Positions 1-12,506 are shown, numbered from the stretch's first letter. The stretch: 64,000 nt of DNA from Hydrolagus colliei (GCA_035084275.1 CM068747.1:23312001-23376000); one strand, 5' to 3'. The notes: generated by a model not told the origin, from the letters alone. Program-made: numbers and translations.

Positions 1-499
1 AAGTTTGGCTGTCTGTTTGCACAATTTGACTGAAATTTGTGACTACATTTTTCAGCCATTTATCAATCATTGTCCAGATTCCAATTCTGGTTCATCTTGT
101 TGAGGTGGAATTAATCATCACCATATTCAGTCATCCATGTTCTATTCTATTACAGTGTTGTGATACCTGCGTGTTTGTGTTTTACGTCTGTGTGTATCTT
201 TCATGCTGTCATATGTAGCAACTACAACACACAGGGGCAATGTTTAGTATATTTCAGTTAACTACTGAAATAGTAGTGGTGCAACACATTTCTTGGTCAA
301 TTTATTGAGGATGATTTTCCGAACCCCTTTAAATTGGTGACTTTATCGCCAATGGGGTTGGTCACTTAACTTTTCTTCAACAAGGAAATTTATACATTGA
401 TGCGGTGTCAGCTGGGAGCAGGATTGGACCCGTAACATTCATAAATCTCATTTGATTGTAGTTGGCTCACTGCAATTATTCTGTTAATGTAATATTAAA

Positions 500-755
500 C
501 AAACAACAAATTACATTTATAAAGTGCCTTTCAATTCGGATGGACACCCCAAGGCCCTGGACAGTTAAGCGATTGCATCCCAGCTGGGGGATGGAGTCAA
601 CAGGAGTGCAGGGCAAGGGGATTGGATGGGTGGCCAAAGGCACAGTCAAAGAGTCGGGTCTTGAAGGGGGCAAGGTAGGGGGCAAGCCGGAGCGATTCCA
701 GGATAGAATTCCAAAACCTAGGGTCAGAAACTCTGAGGGCCCGACCACCAGTGGT
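500..755 (-). mobile_element. L2-type LINE 3' fragment, copied with the tandem units (also ~2020-2290, ~3487-3740, ~5000-5265)
   Basis: Reverse complement of the CTGTCCAG..TTGGG..GAAAGGC..ACAAATGTAATTT(GTT)n tail seen on longer copies. Minus-strand frames read ...FKTQLKTFLF... Confidence 0.7.
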
Positions 756-1016
756 ATAAATTAGAGTAATTTGTAGTCACATTTCTAACTTATCAACGCA
801 AAAAGTCCCTATTAATTTCAGCACCTGTCCAGGGTAGCAACATTTTATGTTGACAAGTGATTTTACTTTTGAATGCACTCATGCATTTCATGTACCATCA
901 ATATGTCGTCTTGAGTACGTTTCCCTGTGATGTTTCTTGTTATCTTGGTTGAAGTGACTTCAATGTTATGTGTATTCTTACGTGAATCTTTTCTTAAACA
1001 ATGCTATTCTTTAAAG

Positions 1017-1100
1017 TGCCGGAGGTCCCTAAAAAGCCGATGGCTGAAGAAGTCAAACCTGTTACTGTTCTTAGAAGGAAGGTGTCTCCTCCAATTGAAG
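1017..1100 (+). CDS. ttn: titin PEVK exon (84 nt) VPEVPKKPMAEEVKPVTVLRRKVSPPIE
   Basis: tttaaag|...GAAG|gtacaa, phase 1-1. Confidence 0.92.
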
Positions 1101-1326
1101 GTACAAAAACAATGGGAGACTTTATAATATTTTCAGTGTGGCTGCACGTACACACGATTAGATAGAAAACCGTGTCTGTTTCATTGTCTTCTCACAAACT
1201 CTGCCCAGACTCAGTTTTTGGTTCTTCGTCTGGCGTCAGTTGGTCTTGTCTGTGACGTTAGTGTGTTCAATGTTCTGTGTATTTTCTTGAATAAATTATT
1301 TCCTAAAATGCTAATATTCTTAAAAG

Positions 1327-1410
1327 TGCCAGAGGTCCCTAAGAAGACAATAGTTGAAGAAATGAAACCTGTTACTGTTTCAAGAAGGAAGGAGATTCCT
1401 CCGACTGAAG
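1327..1410 (+). CDS. ttn: titin PEVK exon (84 nt) VPEVPKKTIVEEMKPVTVSRRKEIPPTE
   Basis: ttaaaag|...GAAG|gtatag, phase 1-1. Confidence 0.92.
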
Positions 1411-2547
1411 GTATAGCACTAGAGAGAGAGATTTTATGACATCTTCATTCATACTCAGTTTGGCTGTTTGTTTCCATCACTTGACTGAAATTTGTGTCTG
1501 CATTTTTCAGCCATTTCTCAATCACTGTCCAGAAATTGATTCTGGTTCTTCTTGTTGTAGTGGAATTAATCATCACCATATTCGGTCATCCATGTTCTAT
1601 TCGGTTACATTGTTGTGATACCTGTGTGTTTGTGTTTTACATCTGTGAATAACTTTCATGCTGTCATATGCAGTAACTGCAACACATGAGAAACATTTAG
1701 CATATTTCAGTTAAGTCCTGTCACATTGGTGCAATACATTTCTTGGCCAATTTATTGTGAGTGATTTTCTGAACCCCTTTAAATTGGTGATGTTATCACC
1801 AGTGGGGTTGGTTACCTTACTCCATATGAACCAGAAAATTTACAGATTGATATAGTTTCAGCTTAGAGCAGGATTGGACCCTTGACCTTCACAAATCTCA
1901 GTGTGGGACATCCTCCTGACGTGAAAGGCGCTATTATACTGAGCATAATTTTGTTATTGTTAGTGACTTTGCCAGTGGTTGCAGTTGGCTCACTGCATTA
2001 TTCTTTTAATATAATATTAAACAAACAATAAATTACGTTTATAAAGTCCCTTTCAATTCAGATGGATGCCCCAAGGCGGTGGACAGTCAAGGGTTTGCAT
2101 CCCAGCTAGGGGATGGAGTCGCCAGGGATGGAGAGCAAGGGCATTGGGTGGGTGGCCAAAGGCATAGTGAAAGAGAAATGTCTTGAGTCGGGGTTTGAAG
2201 GAGGCAAATGAAGTCGCGAGATGGAGCGATATGGGGATGGAATTGCAAGTGTAGAGGCAGAAACGATGAAAGCCCAACCGCCAGTTGTGTAAAGTAGAGT
2301 AATTTGTAGTCACATTTCTAACTTATCAAGGCAAAAAGTTCCTGTTAATTTCACAACCTGTCCAGGATAATGACATTTTATGTTGACAAGTGATTTTACT
2401 TTTGAATCACTCAAGCATTTCATGTACCATCAATATGTCATCTTGAGTACGTTTCCCTGTGATGTTTCTTGTTATCTTGGTTTACGTGCCTTCAATATTA
2501 TGTGTTTCTTATGCAAATCTTTTCTTAAACCACACTATTCTTTAAAG

Positions 2548-2631
2548 TGCCGGAGGTTCCTAAGAAGCCGATGGCTGAAGAAGTCAAACCTGTTCCTGAA
2601 CTTAGACGGAAGGTGGCTCCTCCAACTGAAG
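2548..2631 (+). CDS. ttn: titin PEVK exon (84 nt) VPEVPKKPMAEEVKPVPELRRKVAPPTE
   Basis: AG/GT flanks, phase 1-1. Confidence 0.92.
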
Positions 2632-2859
2632 GTACAAGAACATTGAGAGACTTTATAACATTTTCAGTGTGGCTGCACATATGCATCATTAGATTGAAAA
2701 CTGTGTTTGTGTTTCACTGTTGTCTCACAAACTGTGTCCAGATTCACTTTCTGGTTGTGCGTCTAGCGTCAGTTGGTCTTGTCTGTGACGTTAGTGTGTT
2801 CAACGTTCTTTGTATTTTCTTGAGTGAAACATTTCCTAAAATGCTAATATTCTTAAAAG

Positions 2860-2943
2860 TGCCGGAGGTCCCTAAGAAGAGAATAGTTGACGAAATGAAA
2901 CCTGTTACTGTTCCAAGAAGGAAGGAGATTCCTCCGACTGAAG
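2860..2943 (+). CDS. ttn: titin PEVK exon (84 nt) VPEVPKKRIVDEMKPVTVPRRKEIPPTE
   Basis: AG/GT flanks, phase 1-1. Confidence 0.92.
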
Positions 2944-4002
2944 GTATAGCACTAGAGAGAGATTTTATGACATCTTCATTCATACTCAGTTTGGCTGTCT
3001 GTTTCCATCCTTTGAACAAAATTTGTGTTTACATTTTTCAGCCATTTCTCAATCACTGTCCAGATATTGATTCTGGTTCTTCGTGTTGTGGTGGAATTAA
3101 TCATCACCATATTCAGTCATCCATGTTCTATTCTGTTACAGTGTTGTGATACCTGCGTGTTTGTGTTTTACGTCTGTGTGTATCTTTCATGCTGTCATAT
3201 GTAGCAACTACAACACACAGGGGCAATGTTTAGTATATTTCAGTTAACTACTGAAATAGTAGTGGTGCAACACATTTCTTGGTCAATTTATTGAGGATGA
3301 TTTTCCGAACCCCTTTAAATTGGTGACTTTATCGCCAATGGGGTTGGTCACTTAACTTTTCTTTAACAGGGAAATTTATACATTGATGCGGTGTCACCTG
3401 GGAGCAGGATTGGACCCATAACATTCATAAATCTCATTTGTTTGTAGTTGGCTCACTGCAATTATTCTTTTAATGTAATATTAAACAAACAACAAATTAC
3501 ATTTATAAAGTGCCTTTCGATTCGGATGGACACCCCAAGGCCCTGGACAGTTAAGCGATTGCATCCCAGCTGGGGGATGGAGTCAACAGGAGTGCAGGGC
3601 AAGGGGATTGGGTGGGTGGCCAAAGTCACAGTCAAAGAGTCGGGTCTTGAAGGAGGCAAACACGGGGCTGAGGAAGAGGAATTTGGGGATAGAATTCCAA
3701 AACCTAGGGTCAGAAATTCTGAGGGCCCGACCGCCAGTGGTATAAATTAGAGTAATTTGTAGTCACATTTCTAACTTATCAACGCAAAAAGTCCCTGTTA
3801 ATTTCAGCACCTGTCCAGGGTAACAACATTTTATGTTGACAAGTGATTTTACTTTTGAATGCACTCATGCATTTCATGTACCATCAATATGTCGTCTTGA
3901 GTACGTTTCCCTGTGATGTTTCTTGTTATCTTGGTTTACGTGACTTCATTGTTATGTGTATTCTTATGTGAATCTTTTCTTAAACCACACTATTCTTTAA
4001 AG

Positions 4003-4086
4003 TGCCGGAGGTTCCTAAGAAGCCGATGGCTGAAGAAGTCAAACCTGTTCCTGAACTTAGACGGAAAGTGTCTCCTCCAACTGAAG
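4003..4086 (+). CDS. ttn: titin PEVK exon (84 nt) VPEVPKKPMAEEVKPVPELRRKVSPPTE
   Basis: AG/GT flanks, phase 1-1. Confidence 0.92.
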
Positions 4087-4314
4087 GTACAAGAACATTG
4101 AGAGACTTTATAACATTTTCAGTGTGGCTGCACATACGCATCATTAGATTGAAAACTGTGTTTATGTTTCACTGTTGTCTCACAAACTGTGTCCAGATTC
4201 ACTTTCTGGTTGTGCGTCTAGCATCAGTTGGTCTTGTCTGTGATGTTAGTGTGTTCAACGTTCTTTGTATTTTCTTGAGTGAATCATTTCCTAAAATGCT
4301 AATATTCTTAAAAG

Positions 4315-4398
4315 TCCCAGAGGTCCCTAAGAAGACAATAGTTGACGAAATGAAACCTGTTACTGTTCCAAGAAGGAAGGAGATTCCTCCAACTGAAG
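4315..4398 (+). CDS. ttn: titin PEVK exon (84 nt) VPEVPKKTIVDEMKPVTVPRRKEIPPTE
   Basis: AG/GT flanks, phase 1-1. Confidence 0.92.
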
Positions 4399-5525
4399 GT
4401 ATAGCACCAGAGAGAGATTTTATGACATCTTCATTCATACTCAGTTTGGCTGTCTGTTTCCATCCTTTGAACAAAATTTGTGTTTACATTTTTCAGCCAT
4501 TTCTCAATCACTGTCCAGATATTGATTCTGGTTCTTCTTGTTGTGGTGGAATTAATCATCACCATATTCAGTCATCCATGTTCTATTCTGTTACAGTGTT
4601 GTGATACCTGCGTGTTTGTGTTTTACATCTGTGAATGTCCTTCACAACGACAACAAAACAAAACTACATTTATAGAGTAGCTTTCTCATCCAAGGCGATG
4701 GCATATCTAGTAACCGCAACATACAGTGGAAATGTTTAGTATATTTCAGTTAACTACTGTCACATTGGTGCAACACATTTCTTGGTCAATTTATTGTGAG
4801 TGAATTTTTTAACCCCTTTAAATTGGTGACGTTATCACCAATAGTTTTAGCTTAGAGCAGGATTGGACTCTTAACATTCACAAATCTCAGTCGGGGATGT
4901 CCTCCTACACAAGCATAATTTTGTTTTTGTTATTGTTGGGGATTTTGCCAGTGATTGCAGTCGGCTCACTCCACTATTCTTTTAATATAATATTAAACAA
5001 ACAATAAATGACATCTATAAAGTCCCTTTCCATTCAGGTGGATGCCCCAAAGCATTAGACAGGCAAGGGTTTGCAACCCAGCTGGGGAATATAATCAACA
5101 GGGGGTGGAGGGCAAGTGCATTGGGTGGGTGGCCAAATGCATAGTGAAAGAGAAAGGTCTTGAGTTGGGTCTTGAAGTAGGCAAACACGGGGCTGAGGTA
5201 GAGGGATTTGGGAATGGAATTCCAAGGGTAGAGGCAGAAACGCTGATGGCCGGACTGCCAGTTGTGTAAAGTAGAGTAATTTGTAGTCACATTTCTAACT
5301 TATCAAGGCAAAAAGTCTCTGTTAATTCCAGGACTTGTCCAGGGTAACAACACTTTATTTTGACAAGTGATTTTACCTTTGATGCACTCATGCATTTCAT
5401 GTACCATCAATATGTCGTCTTGAGTACGTTTCCCTGTGATGTTTCTTGTTATCTTGGTTTACGTGACTTCAATGTTATGTGTATTCTTATGCAAATCTTT
5501 TCTTAAACAATGCTATTCTTTAAAG

Positions 5526-5609
5526 TGCCGGAGGTTCCTAAAAAGCCGATGGCTGAAGAAGTCAAACCAGTAACTGTTCTTAGAAGGAAGGTGTCTCCTC
5601 CAATTGAAG
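5526..5609 (+). CDS. ttn: titin PEVK exon (84 nt) VPEVPKKPMAEEVKPVTVLRRKVSPPIE
   Basis: AG/GT flanks, phase 1-1. Confidence 0.92.
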
Positions 5610-5835
5610 GTACAAAAACAATGGGAGACTTTATAACATTTTCAGCGTGGCTGCACGTACACATCATTAGATAGAAAACCATGTCTGTTTCATTGTCACC
5701 TCACAAACTCTGTCCAGCTTCAGCTTTTGGTTCTTCGTCTGGCATTAGTTGGTCTTGTCTGTGACGTTAGTGTGTTCAATGTTCTGTGTATTTTCTTGAA
5801 TAAATCATTTCCTAAAATGCTAATATTCTTAAAAG

Positions 5836-5919
5836 TGCCAGAGGTCCCTAAGAAGACAGTAGTTGAAGAAATGAAACCTGTTACTGTTCCAAGAAGGAAG
5901 GAGATTCCTCCGACTGAAG
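5836..5919 (+). CDS. ttn: titin PEVK exon (84 nt) VPEVPKKTVVEEMKPVTVPRRKEIPPTE
   Basis: AG/GT flanks, phase 1-1. Confidence 0.92.
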
Positions 5920-6492
5920 GTACAGCACGAGAGAGAGATTTTATGACATCTTCATTCATACTCAGTTTGGCTGTCTGTTCCATCATTTGAATGAAAATTG
6001 TGTCTGCATTTTTCAGCCATTTCTCAATCACTGTCCAGATATTGATTCTGGTTGTTCGTGTTGTGGTGGAATTAATCATCACCATATTCAGTCATCCATG
6101 TTCTTTTCTGTTACAGTGTTGTGATACCTATGGTGTTTGTGTTTTACATCTGTGTCTTTCATGCTGTCATATGCAGTAATTGCAACATACAGGGGCGAAG
6201 TTTAGTATATTTCAGTTAACTACTGTGACATTGATGCAACACATTTCTTGGTTAATTTACTGAGGGTGATTTTCTGAACCCCTTTAAATTGGTGACTTTA
6301 TCACCAATGGGGTTGGTTACTTTACTCTATTTCAACCAGGAAATTGACAGATTGATATGATGTCAGGTTAGAGCAGGATTGGACCCTTAACATCCATAAA
6401 TCTCAATTGGTGACTGCCAGTAATTGCAGTTGGCTCACTGCATTATTTGTTTAATGTAATATTAAATATTAAATAATGTAATATTAAATATT

Positions 6493-6693
6493 CATAGATT
6501 CATAGATTCATAGATTCATAGATTCATAGATTCATAGAATTTTACAGCACAAAAGGAGGCCATTCGGCCCATCTAGTCTGTGCCGGCTCTTTGAAAAGAG
6601 CGATTCAATCCCACTGCCCTGCCCGCTCCCCATAGCCTAATAGACCTGTTCTCCCTAAATAAAGATCTAATTCCCTTTTAAAAGTTGTTATTG
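6493..6693 (-). mobile_element. CR1 LINE 3' end with octamer tail
   Basis: (CATAGATT)n tail; minus frame ITTFKRELDLYLGRTGLLGYGERAGQWD*, typical CR1 ORF2 C-terminus. Confidence 0.8.
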
Positions 6694-6983
6694 AGTCGGG
6701 TCTCAATGGAGGCAAGGGAGGGAGCAATGCGGAGGGATTCCGATATGGAATTTCAAAAGCATAGCAGCAGAAACAATGAAGGACCATATAAAGTGGAGTA
6801 ATTTATAGTCACATTTCTACGTTATCAAGGCCAAAAGTCCCTGTTACTTCCAGAGCCTGTCCAGGGTAACAGCACTTTATGTTGATAAGTTTTCCTGTGA
6901 TGTTTCTTGTTATCTTGGTTTACGTGACTTCAATGTTATGTGTATTATGTGAATCTTTTCTGAAACAACGCTATTCTTTAAAG

Positions 6984-7067
6984 TGCCGGAGGTTCCTAAG
7001 AAGCCGATGGCTGAAGAAGTCAAACCTGTTACTGTTCTTAGAAGGAAGGTGTCTCCTCCAACTGAAG
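6984..7067 (+). CDS. ttn: titin PEVK exon (84 nt) VPEVPKKPMAEEVKPVTVLRRKVSPPTE
   Basis: AG/GT flanks, phase 1-1. Confidence 0.92.
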
Positions 7068-7293
7068 GTACAAAAACAATGGGAGACTTTATAATATTTT
7101 CAGTGTGGCTGCACGTACACATCATTAGTTGGAAAACCGTGTCTGTTTCATTGTCGTCTCACAAACTCTGCCCAGACTCAGCTTCTGGTTCTTCGTCTGG
7201 CGTCAGTTGGTCTTGTCTGTGACGTTAGTGTGTTCAATGTTCTGTGTATTTTCTTGAATGAATCATTTCCTAAAATGCTAATATTCTTAAAAG

Positions 7294-7377
7294 TTCTGGA
7301 GGCTCCTACGAAGACAGTAGTTGAAGAAGTGAAACCTATTACTGTTCGAAGAAGGAAGGAATCTCCTCCGACTGAAG
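7294..7377 (+). CDS. ttn: titin PEVK exon (84 nt) VLEAPTKTVVEEVKPITVRRRKESPPTE
   Basis: AG/GT flanks, phase 1-1. Confidence 0.9.
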
Positions 7378-8177
7378 GTACAAAACAAGTGGGAGATTTT
7401 ATAAAATCTTTGTTTGTGCTCTGGTCTGTTCCCACCATAAGAATGAAAACTGTGTCTACATTTCATGGTTGTCTCTTAAAGCTCTGTCCAGTCTTAGTTA
7501 CTGGTTCTTCTTGTTGTGTTGGAATTAATCAACACCATATTAAGTCATTGATGTTTTGTTCTGTTCATGATACCCATGTGTTTGTGTGTTTTGCGTCTGT
7601 GTATATCTTTCGTGTTTATCACATGCAGTAATTGCAACATGCAGAGAAAAGGTTTAGCATATTTCAGTTAACATACTTTCAATTCCACGGAACAAGTTGT
7701 TGGTCAATTTATTGAACCCCATTAAATTGGTGGCTTTGTCATCAATGGGGTTAGCTTACTCTTCTCCAACCACGAAATTTATAGACTGATATGATGTCAC
7801 CTTCGAGTAAGATTGGACCATTAAAAATAAATCTTAGTTGAAGACTGTCAAATGACTGGTAGAATCAACATATTATTCATAATGTAATATTAAAATGCTT
7901 TTTAAAACAAAATATGTTTTATTCATATCATGGGATGAATTATAAATTATAGTCAAATTTCTAATGTATTAGTGCAAATAGCTTTTGTAAAAATTGCTGA
8001 GACTGAGCAAAGTAACAATACAAGTGATTTTGTTTTGAGTTAATATTTTTGATTCACCAATTTATATTGACTTGAGTTCGTTCTCCTGTGATGTTTCTTG
8101 TTATCCTGGTTTACTTGCCTTCGATGTTACATATATTCTTGGCTGAATCTTTTCTTAAACAATAATATTCTTTAAAG

Positions 8178-8261
8178 TGCCAGAAATTCCTGAGAAGCCC
8201 GTGGTGGACGAAGTGAAACCAGTTACTGTTCCTAAAAGGAAGGAGGCTCCACCCATTGAAG
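8178..8261 (+). CDS. ttn: titin PEVK exon (84 nt) VPEIPEKPVVDEVKPVTVPKRKEAPPIE
   Basis: AG/GT flanks, phase 1-1. Confidence 0.92.
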
Positions 8262-9160
8262 GTACAAAAAAAAGGAGATTTTATTTTTACAAAAATCAGT
8301 GCAGTGGTCTATTTTGACCATTAGAATGAAAATTGTGTCCATGTTTCTTGTGTGTTTCTGAAACTCTTGTCCAGTCTTAGCTTCTGTTTTTTTGTTGTGG
8401 TGGAATTAATCACCACCGTATTCATTCATTGATGTCTGTGATATACCGATGTGTTTGTGTTTTTACACTTGTGTATATCTTTCATGTTGTCATATTCAGC
8501 AACTACAAAATACATGTAAAATGTTCAGCATATTTCAGTTAATTATTGTCAATTCCTTGGGCCTAGTCTTGTTCAATTTATTGAGTGATTTTCTGCCCAC
8601 GATGAAATGAAACGGCCACTACCAATATAGGTTAAAAGAAAACACAGAAAGAAATGTAATTTGTGAGACACATTTCTAACAAATCCTTGCGAAAGTTCCC
8701 TATTGATTCCAGTTACTGTCCAAAGTAACAATAACGGCACTTTGCATTGACAAGTGGTTTCACTTTTGATTTGTTTTTCATTCAACAACATATGTTATCT
8801 TCAAGGCTGGAATAGGCTGACTTAAATCATTGTGTTTACAGAGAGCACAGTAAACGCAGAGTAATTCATAGTCAAATTTCTTCTGTAAAATGCATAAGGT
8901 CTGTGTTAGTTCCAGATACTGTCCAATATGATGACAGCAACAGTTTATTTTGACAAGTAGTTCTCCTTTTCACTTGGTAATTATCCACAAATGTTGTCTT
9001 GGGAATGTTTTACTGTGAAATTTCATCTAATCTTGACTTGTGTGCCTTGGCACGTCTTCCAGACGTGAAAGGCATTCTACAAATGTAATTTTGTTGTTGT
9101 TGTTCAATGTTACACTTACTCTCGTATGAATCTTTTCTTAAACAACTATATTCTTTAAAG

Positions 9161-9241
9161 CGCCAGAGGTTCCCAAGAAGCCAGTGGCTGTAGAAGTGAA
9201 ACCAGTCGATGTTCCGGAAAGGAAGAAATCTCCAATTGAAG
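9161..9241 (+). CDS. ttn: titin PEVK exon (81 nt) APEVPKKPVAVEVKPVDVPERKKSPIE
   Basis: AG/GT flanks, phase 1-1. Confidence 0.9.
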
Positions 9242-9514
9242 GTACAAACAAACCAAGAGGGAGATTTTATAAAATCTTCTTTGCGTGCTGTATTTGTGTG
9301 CCCAATTTAGAATGAAAACTGTGTCAACGTCTCCCATTCATGTCTCAAACTCTGTCCACGCTCAGCATTGTGTCCTTTTGGTTTGGGTGGAATTAATCAT
9401 CTCCATTTCTATTCCTCAATGTTGGGTTCTGTTGCGATGATAGATTTTGTGTTTCATGTTACCGTGTATTGCTCAACTTGCCATGGATTGTGTTGTAAAG
9501 TGAATTTATCAAAT

Positions 9515-9712
9515 CTAATAGTGTAGAAGGAGGCCAATCGGCCCATTGTGCCTGTGCCAGCTTTTTGAAAGAGCTATTCAATTGATTCCACTCCCCCACT
9601 CTTACCCCCATTGCCCTGCATTTTGTTCCTTTACAAATACCCATCCAATTCCCCTTTGAACACCTGCTATCAAATCTACTTCCATCTCCCTTTCAGATAG
9701 TACATTCCAGAA
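9515..9712 (-). mobile_element. CR1 LINE 3' fragment
   Basis: aggaggccaatcggcccat...aatcc; homologous to the 6493 copy. Confidence 0.65.
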
Positions 9713-10209
9713 CATGGTAATTCAGGGAAATATTTAGTTATTTTCAGTTGATGTGTGATAAGGAGCAAATATCTACTGGTGCGCTTTGAATATTTGTGCA
9801 ACTCATAATGTTTCATTAAATACAAAGCCATTAGAAGTAATAAATCCTAATAAAAACAAGCCGACTTGATTCATCATAATAAGTAAAATGGTGTGTGTTT
9901 AAAAGAAAGATATCTTGAGTAAAGCTAATTTCTTTATAAAGAAGGTAAACCTACCAAAAGATCAAATGGATTTGATTTGATATTATCAGTGTAGAAGAAA
10001 CCTTGCTCTATCCAGTCACTAAAGCAAAAATTGGATCACAAATGGTTATAATATTCCTGTTTCGATTGATTCATGTGACTGTGTTGTCTTTGTCTATCAT
10101 ATGCGTTTTTCATGTCACCGTAGATTTGTCATTTACATTGTCGCAAACAAATGGCGCATTTCTAGTTTCTTGACCAAATCTTTTCCTAAAACAATGATAT
10201 TCTTTAAAG

Positions 10210-10284
10210 TTCCTAAGAGGCCAGTGGCTGAAGAAGTCAAACCCATTTCCATTCCAAGAAGGAAGGAGATACCTCCAGCTGAAG
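10210..10284 (+). CDS. ttn: titin PEVK exon (75 nt) VPKRPVAEEVKPISIPRRKEIPPAE
   Basis: AG/GT flanks, phase 1-1. Confidence 0.9.
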
Positions 10285-10819
10285 GTACAAATTCTAAGAG
10301 AGAGAATGTTATAAAAATCTTAACTCTTACTCAGTGTGGTGTTCTATTCACACCATATGTTTGTCTGAATTGTGTGTTGTCAGCCATGTCTCGAACTATG
10401 TCCAGATTCTGCTTCTGATTCTTCTTGTGGTAGAAACAATCTTCGTTGTGCGTTAGTCATAGATGTTCTGTTGCCATGTTGTGCTGTTGGAGATTATGTT
10501 TCACATCTGTGGCCTGTTGTTCCATATTGTCACAAACAATAGCTTCCACACATTGGGGAAATGTATAACACATTTCTGATCACTTGTGTGGTCAGTGGGA
10601 TCATGCACTTGGCAATTTTTAAGAAGTAATTCTCCACACATCGATAAAATTTGAGATTTTGGCAGGTCGGGGGCTACCTTATTTTTTGATGATCAGTGTG
10701 TTTACTGACCGGTGTTTTTACCGAGAGGAAGATCATTCTACAGTAAACTCACACTACAATAAGGAAAATACATTTACTGATTCATATCTCATATCCACTA
10801 CAAAAGTGTTAAAAGTATG

Positions 10820-10916
10820 AAACAAAAATCGCTGGGAACACTCAGCAGGTCAGGCAGCAAGTATGGAGAAAGGAAAGTGAGTCAACGTTTCGAGTCCACA
10901 ATCCTTCATCAGATCT
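10820..10916 (-). mobile_element. Penelope-like element terminal fragment with a degenerate minimal hammerhead motif
   Basis: Minus strand CTGATGA-AGGATTGTGGACTC-GAAAC-GTT followed by ...TGCTGCCTGACCTGCTGAGTGTTCCCAGC, matching a shark repeat recalled from memory. Confidence 0.55.
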
Positions 10917-11298
10917 GCTAAAAGTATATTTTATCTGTATTATCAATTGATTCAAATCATCATTTGGATATTTAAAATTTGAATTCATGTAGAGAGGAAA
11001 CAACATTTTAAAAATTACCAGTAACATCTGTATTTTATCGACATTGAAAGTGCCACATTTATCCCAAATATTCACTGAACATTCCACATTGTTAACTGAT
11101 ATTAAGTATCATCTTGAACCAGTTTTATATGCTGTGCGTGTGTTTCATGTTAGTGAGTCTTGTTATATGTTTAAACGTTCCAAGACACTGCCCGCATGAA
11201 GGGCGCTTTATGAATCCAAGTTGATGTTGTTGTATGTCTACACAGTTATATGTATGTTCTTGAGTCAATCTTTACTTCAACGTTAATATTCTTTGAAG

Positions 11299-11382
11299 TG
11301 CCCGAGATTCCTGAGAAGCCGGTGACTGATGAAGTTAAACCCATCGCAGTCCCTAGAAGAAAGGAAACTCCTCCAACTCAAG
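11299..11382 (+). CDS. ttn: titin PEVK exon (84 nt) VPEIPEKPVTDEVKPIAVPRRKETPPTQ
   Basis: AG/GT flanks, phase 1-1. Confidence 0.92.
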
Positions 11383-11714
11383 GTACAAAACTAGACAGTG
11401 ATCTTATAAAACCTGAATCCTTCTTCAGTGTGCCAGTCTGTTTCCAACATTACAATGGAAAGTTGATCCCCGTTTATCTTGCTCCTCTCTCAAACTCTGC
11501 CCAGAATCTGCTTCTGGTGAAATTAATCACCACGCTAGTTATTCACAGTAACGTTGGAGTTTCAAGTTTTACGTCTTTGTGTGTTTTTTTTCCCCTGTTG
11601 TTTTAAATAGTGGCTGTCTTGTATGTGGAACTGTTTGATTTGTTCAGTATTAGCATTATTTGGTGGAGCAGAACTTGTATTATTTTCAGAGCCAGTCCAG
11701 ATCCCTGTTGTCGT

Positions 11715-12262
11715 TTTGACCCTCAACTGTCCTTTCTGCCCCACCACCATGAACCTTTCCGCCTCCCCCCACCTCCACCACTGCCTCTCTCCTCGGGGCC
11801 CCCGAGTCCCTCCATTACATCTAGGCTTAACTTCGCTAACTACCTGCTTATTGGCATTCCCAGCTCTTTCTTCTGCATGCTGCAGATCATCCAGAACACT
11901 GCAGCTCGGGTCCTCTCCCACACCAGGCTCCCAAGACCCTATCACCCCCAAGCTCGCCCAGCTCCAATGGCTCCCCATCTCCCAGAGGATAGAGATAAAA
12001 ATCCTTGTCCTCACCTTCAAAGCCTTCCACGGGCTTGCTCCTCCCTACTTTTGTGACTTTTTAACTCCATATCAATCTGTCTGCTCCCTCAGCTCAGCAA
12101 GCTCCAATCTGCTCCACATCCACCACCCAGCCCTCCCCACCAATGACAGTTGGGCCTTCAGCCTCTTTCACCCCATCCTTTGGAACTCCATCCCAATTTC
12201 CTTATTGTCCAGTACCTTGGAGCATCCTCCCGACATTAAAGGTGCTATACAAATGTAGCAAC
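11715..12262 (+). mobile_element. L2-clade LINE 3' fragment
   Basis: LQIIQNTAARVL...LQWLPISQRIEIKILVLTFKAFHGLAPPYF, frameshifted ORF2 C-terminus plus tail. Confidence 0.85.
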
Positions 12263-12506
12263 AACATTTAATTATCAAAATTAGAGATCTTGTTTCAAAT
12301 CTACATATAATATATTATAACTCTATAAAAATATAACTGCAAAGCTAAAATAATAATCCTTCCATTTGTTGTTGATTCACTTTGTCTTGTTTTAACTAGT
12401 TTTGTCTGTCATGTCCATATTTCCTTGAGTTACTACTTCTCTGTGTGAAAAGATCTGGATATTTTCCTGAGTGAATCACTCCCTAAAACAATAATATTCT
12501 TTAAAG

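Larger units (their letters stand above)
1..7400 (+). repeat. tandem duplication array, ~1.46-1.53 kb units each carrying two PEVK exons; higher-order period ~2.98 kb
   Basis: First exons of units at 1017, 2548, 4003, 5526, 6984. Region 1-1016 is nearly identical to 2987-4002, including intron sequence. Confidence 0.93.

Noticed and set aside
2547-4604. Two 200-aa ORFs spanning pairs of PEVK exons
   Set aside because: Read-through of T/G-rich introns between clear splice sites; sister units have stops or frameshifts in the same introns
11610-12258. ORFs of 148-211 aa as an independent gene
   Set aside because: Frameshifted L2 ORF2 C-terminal remnant
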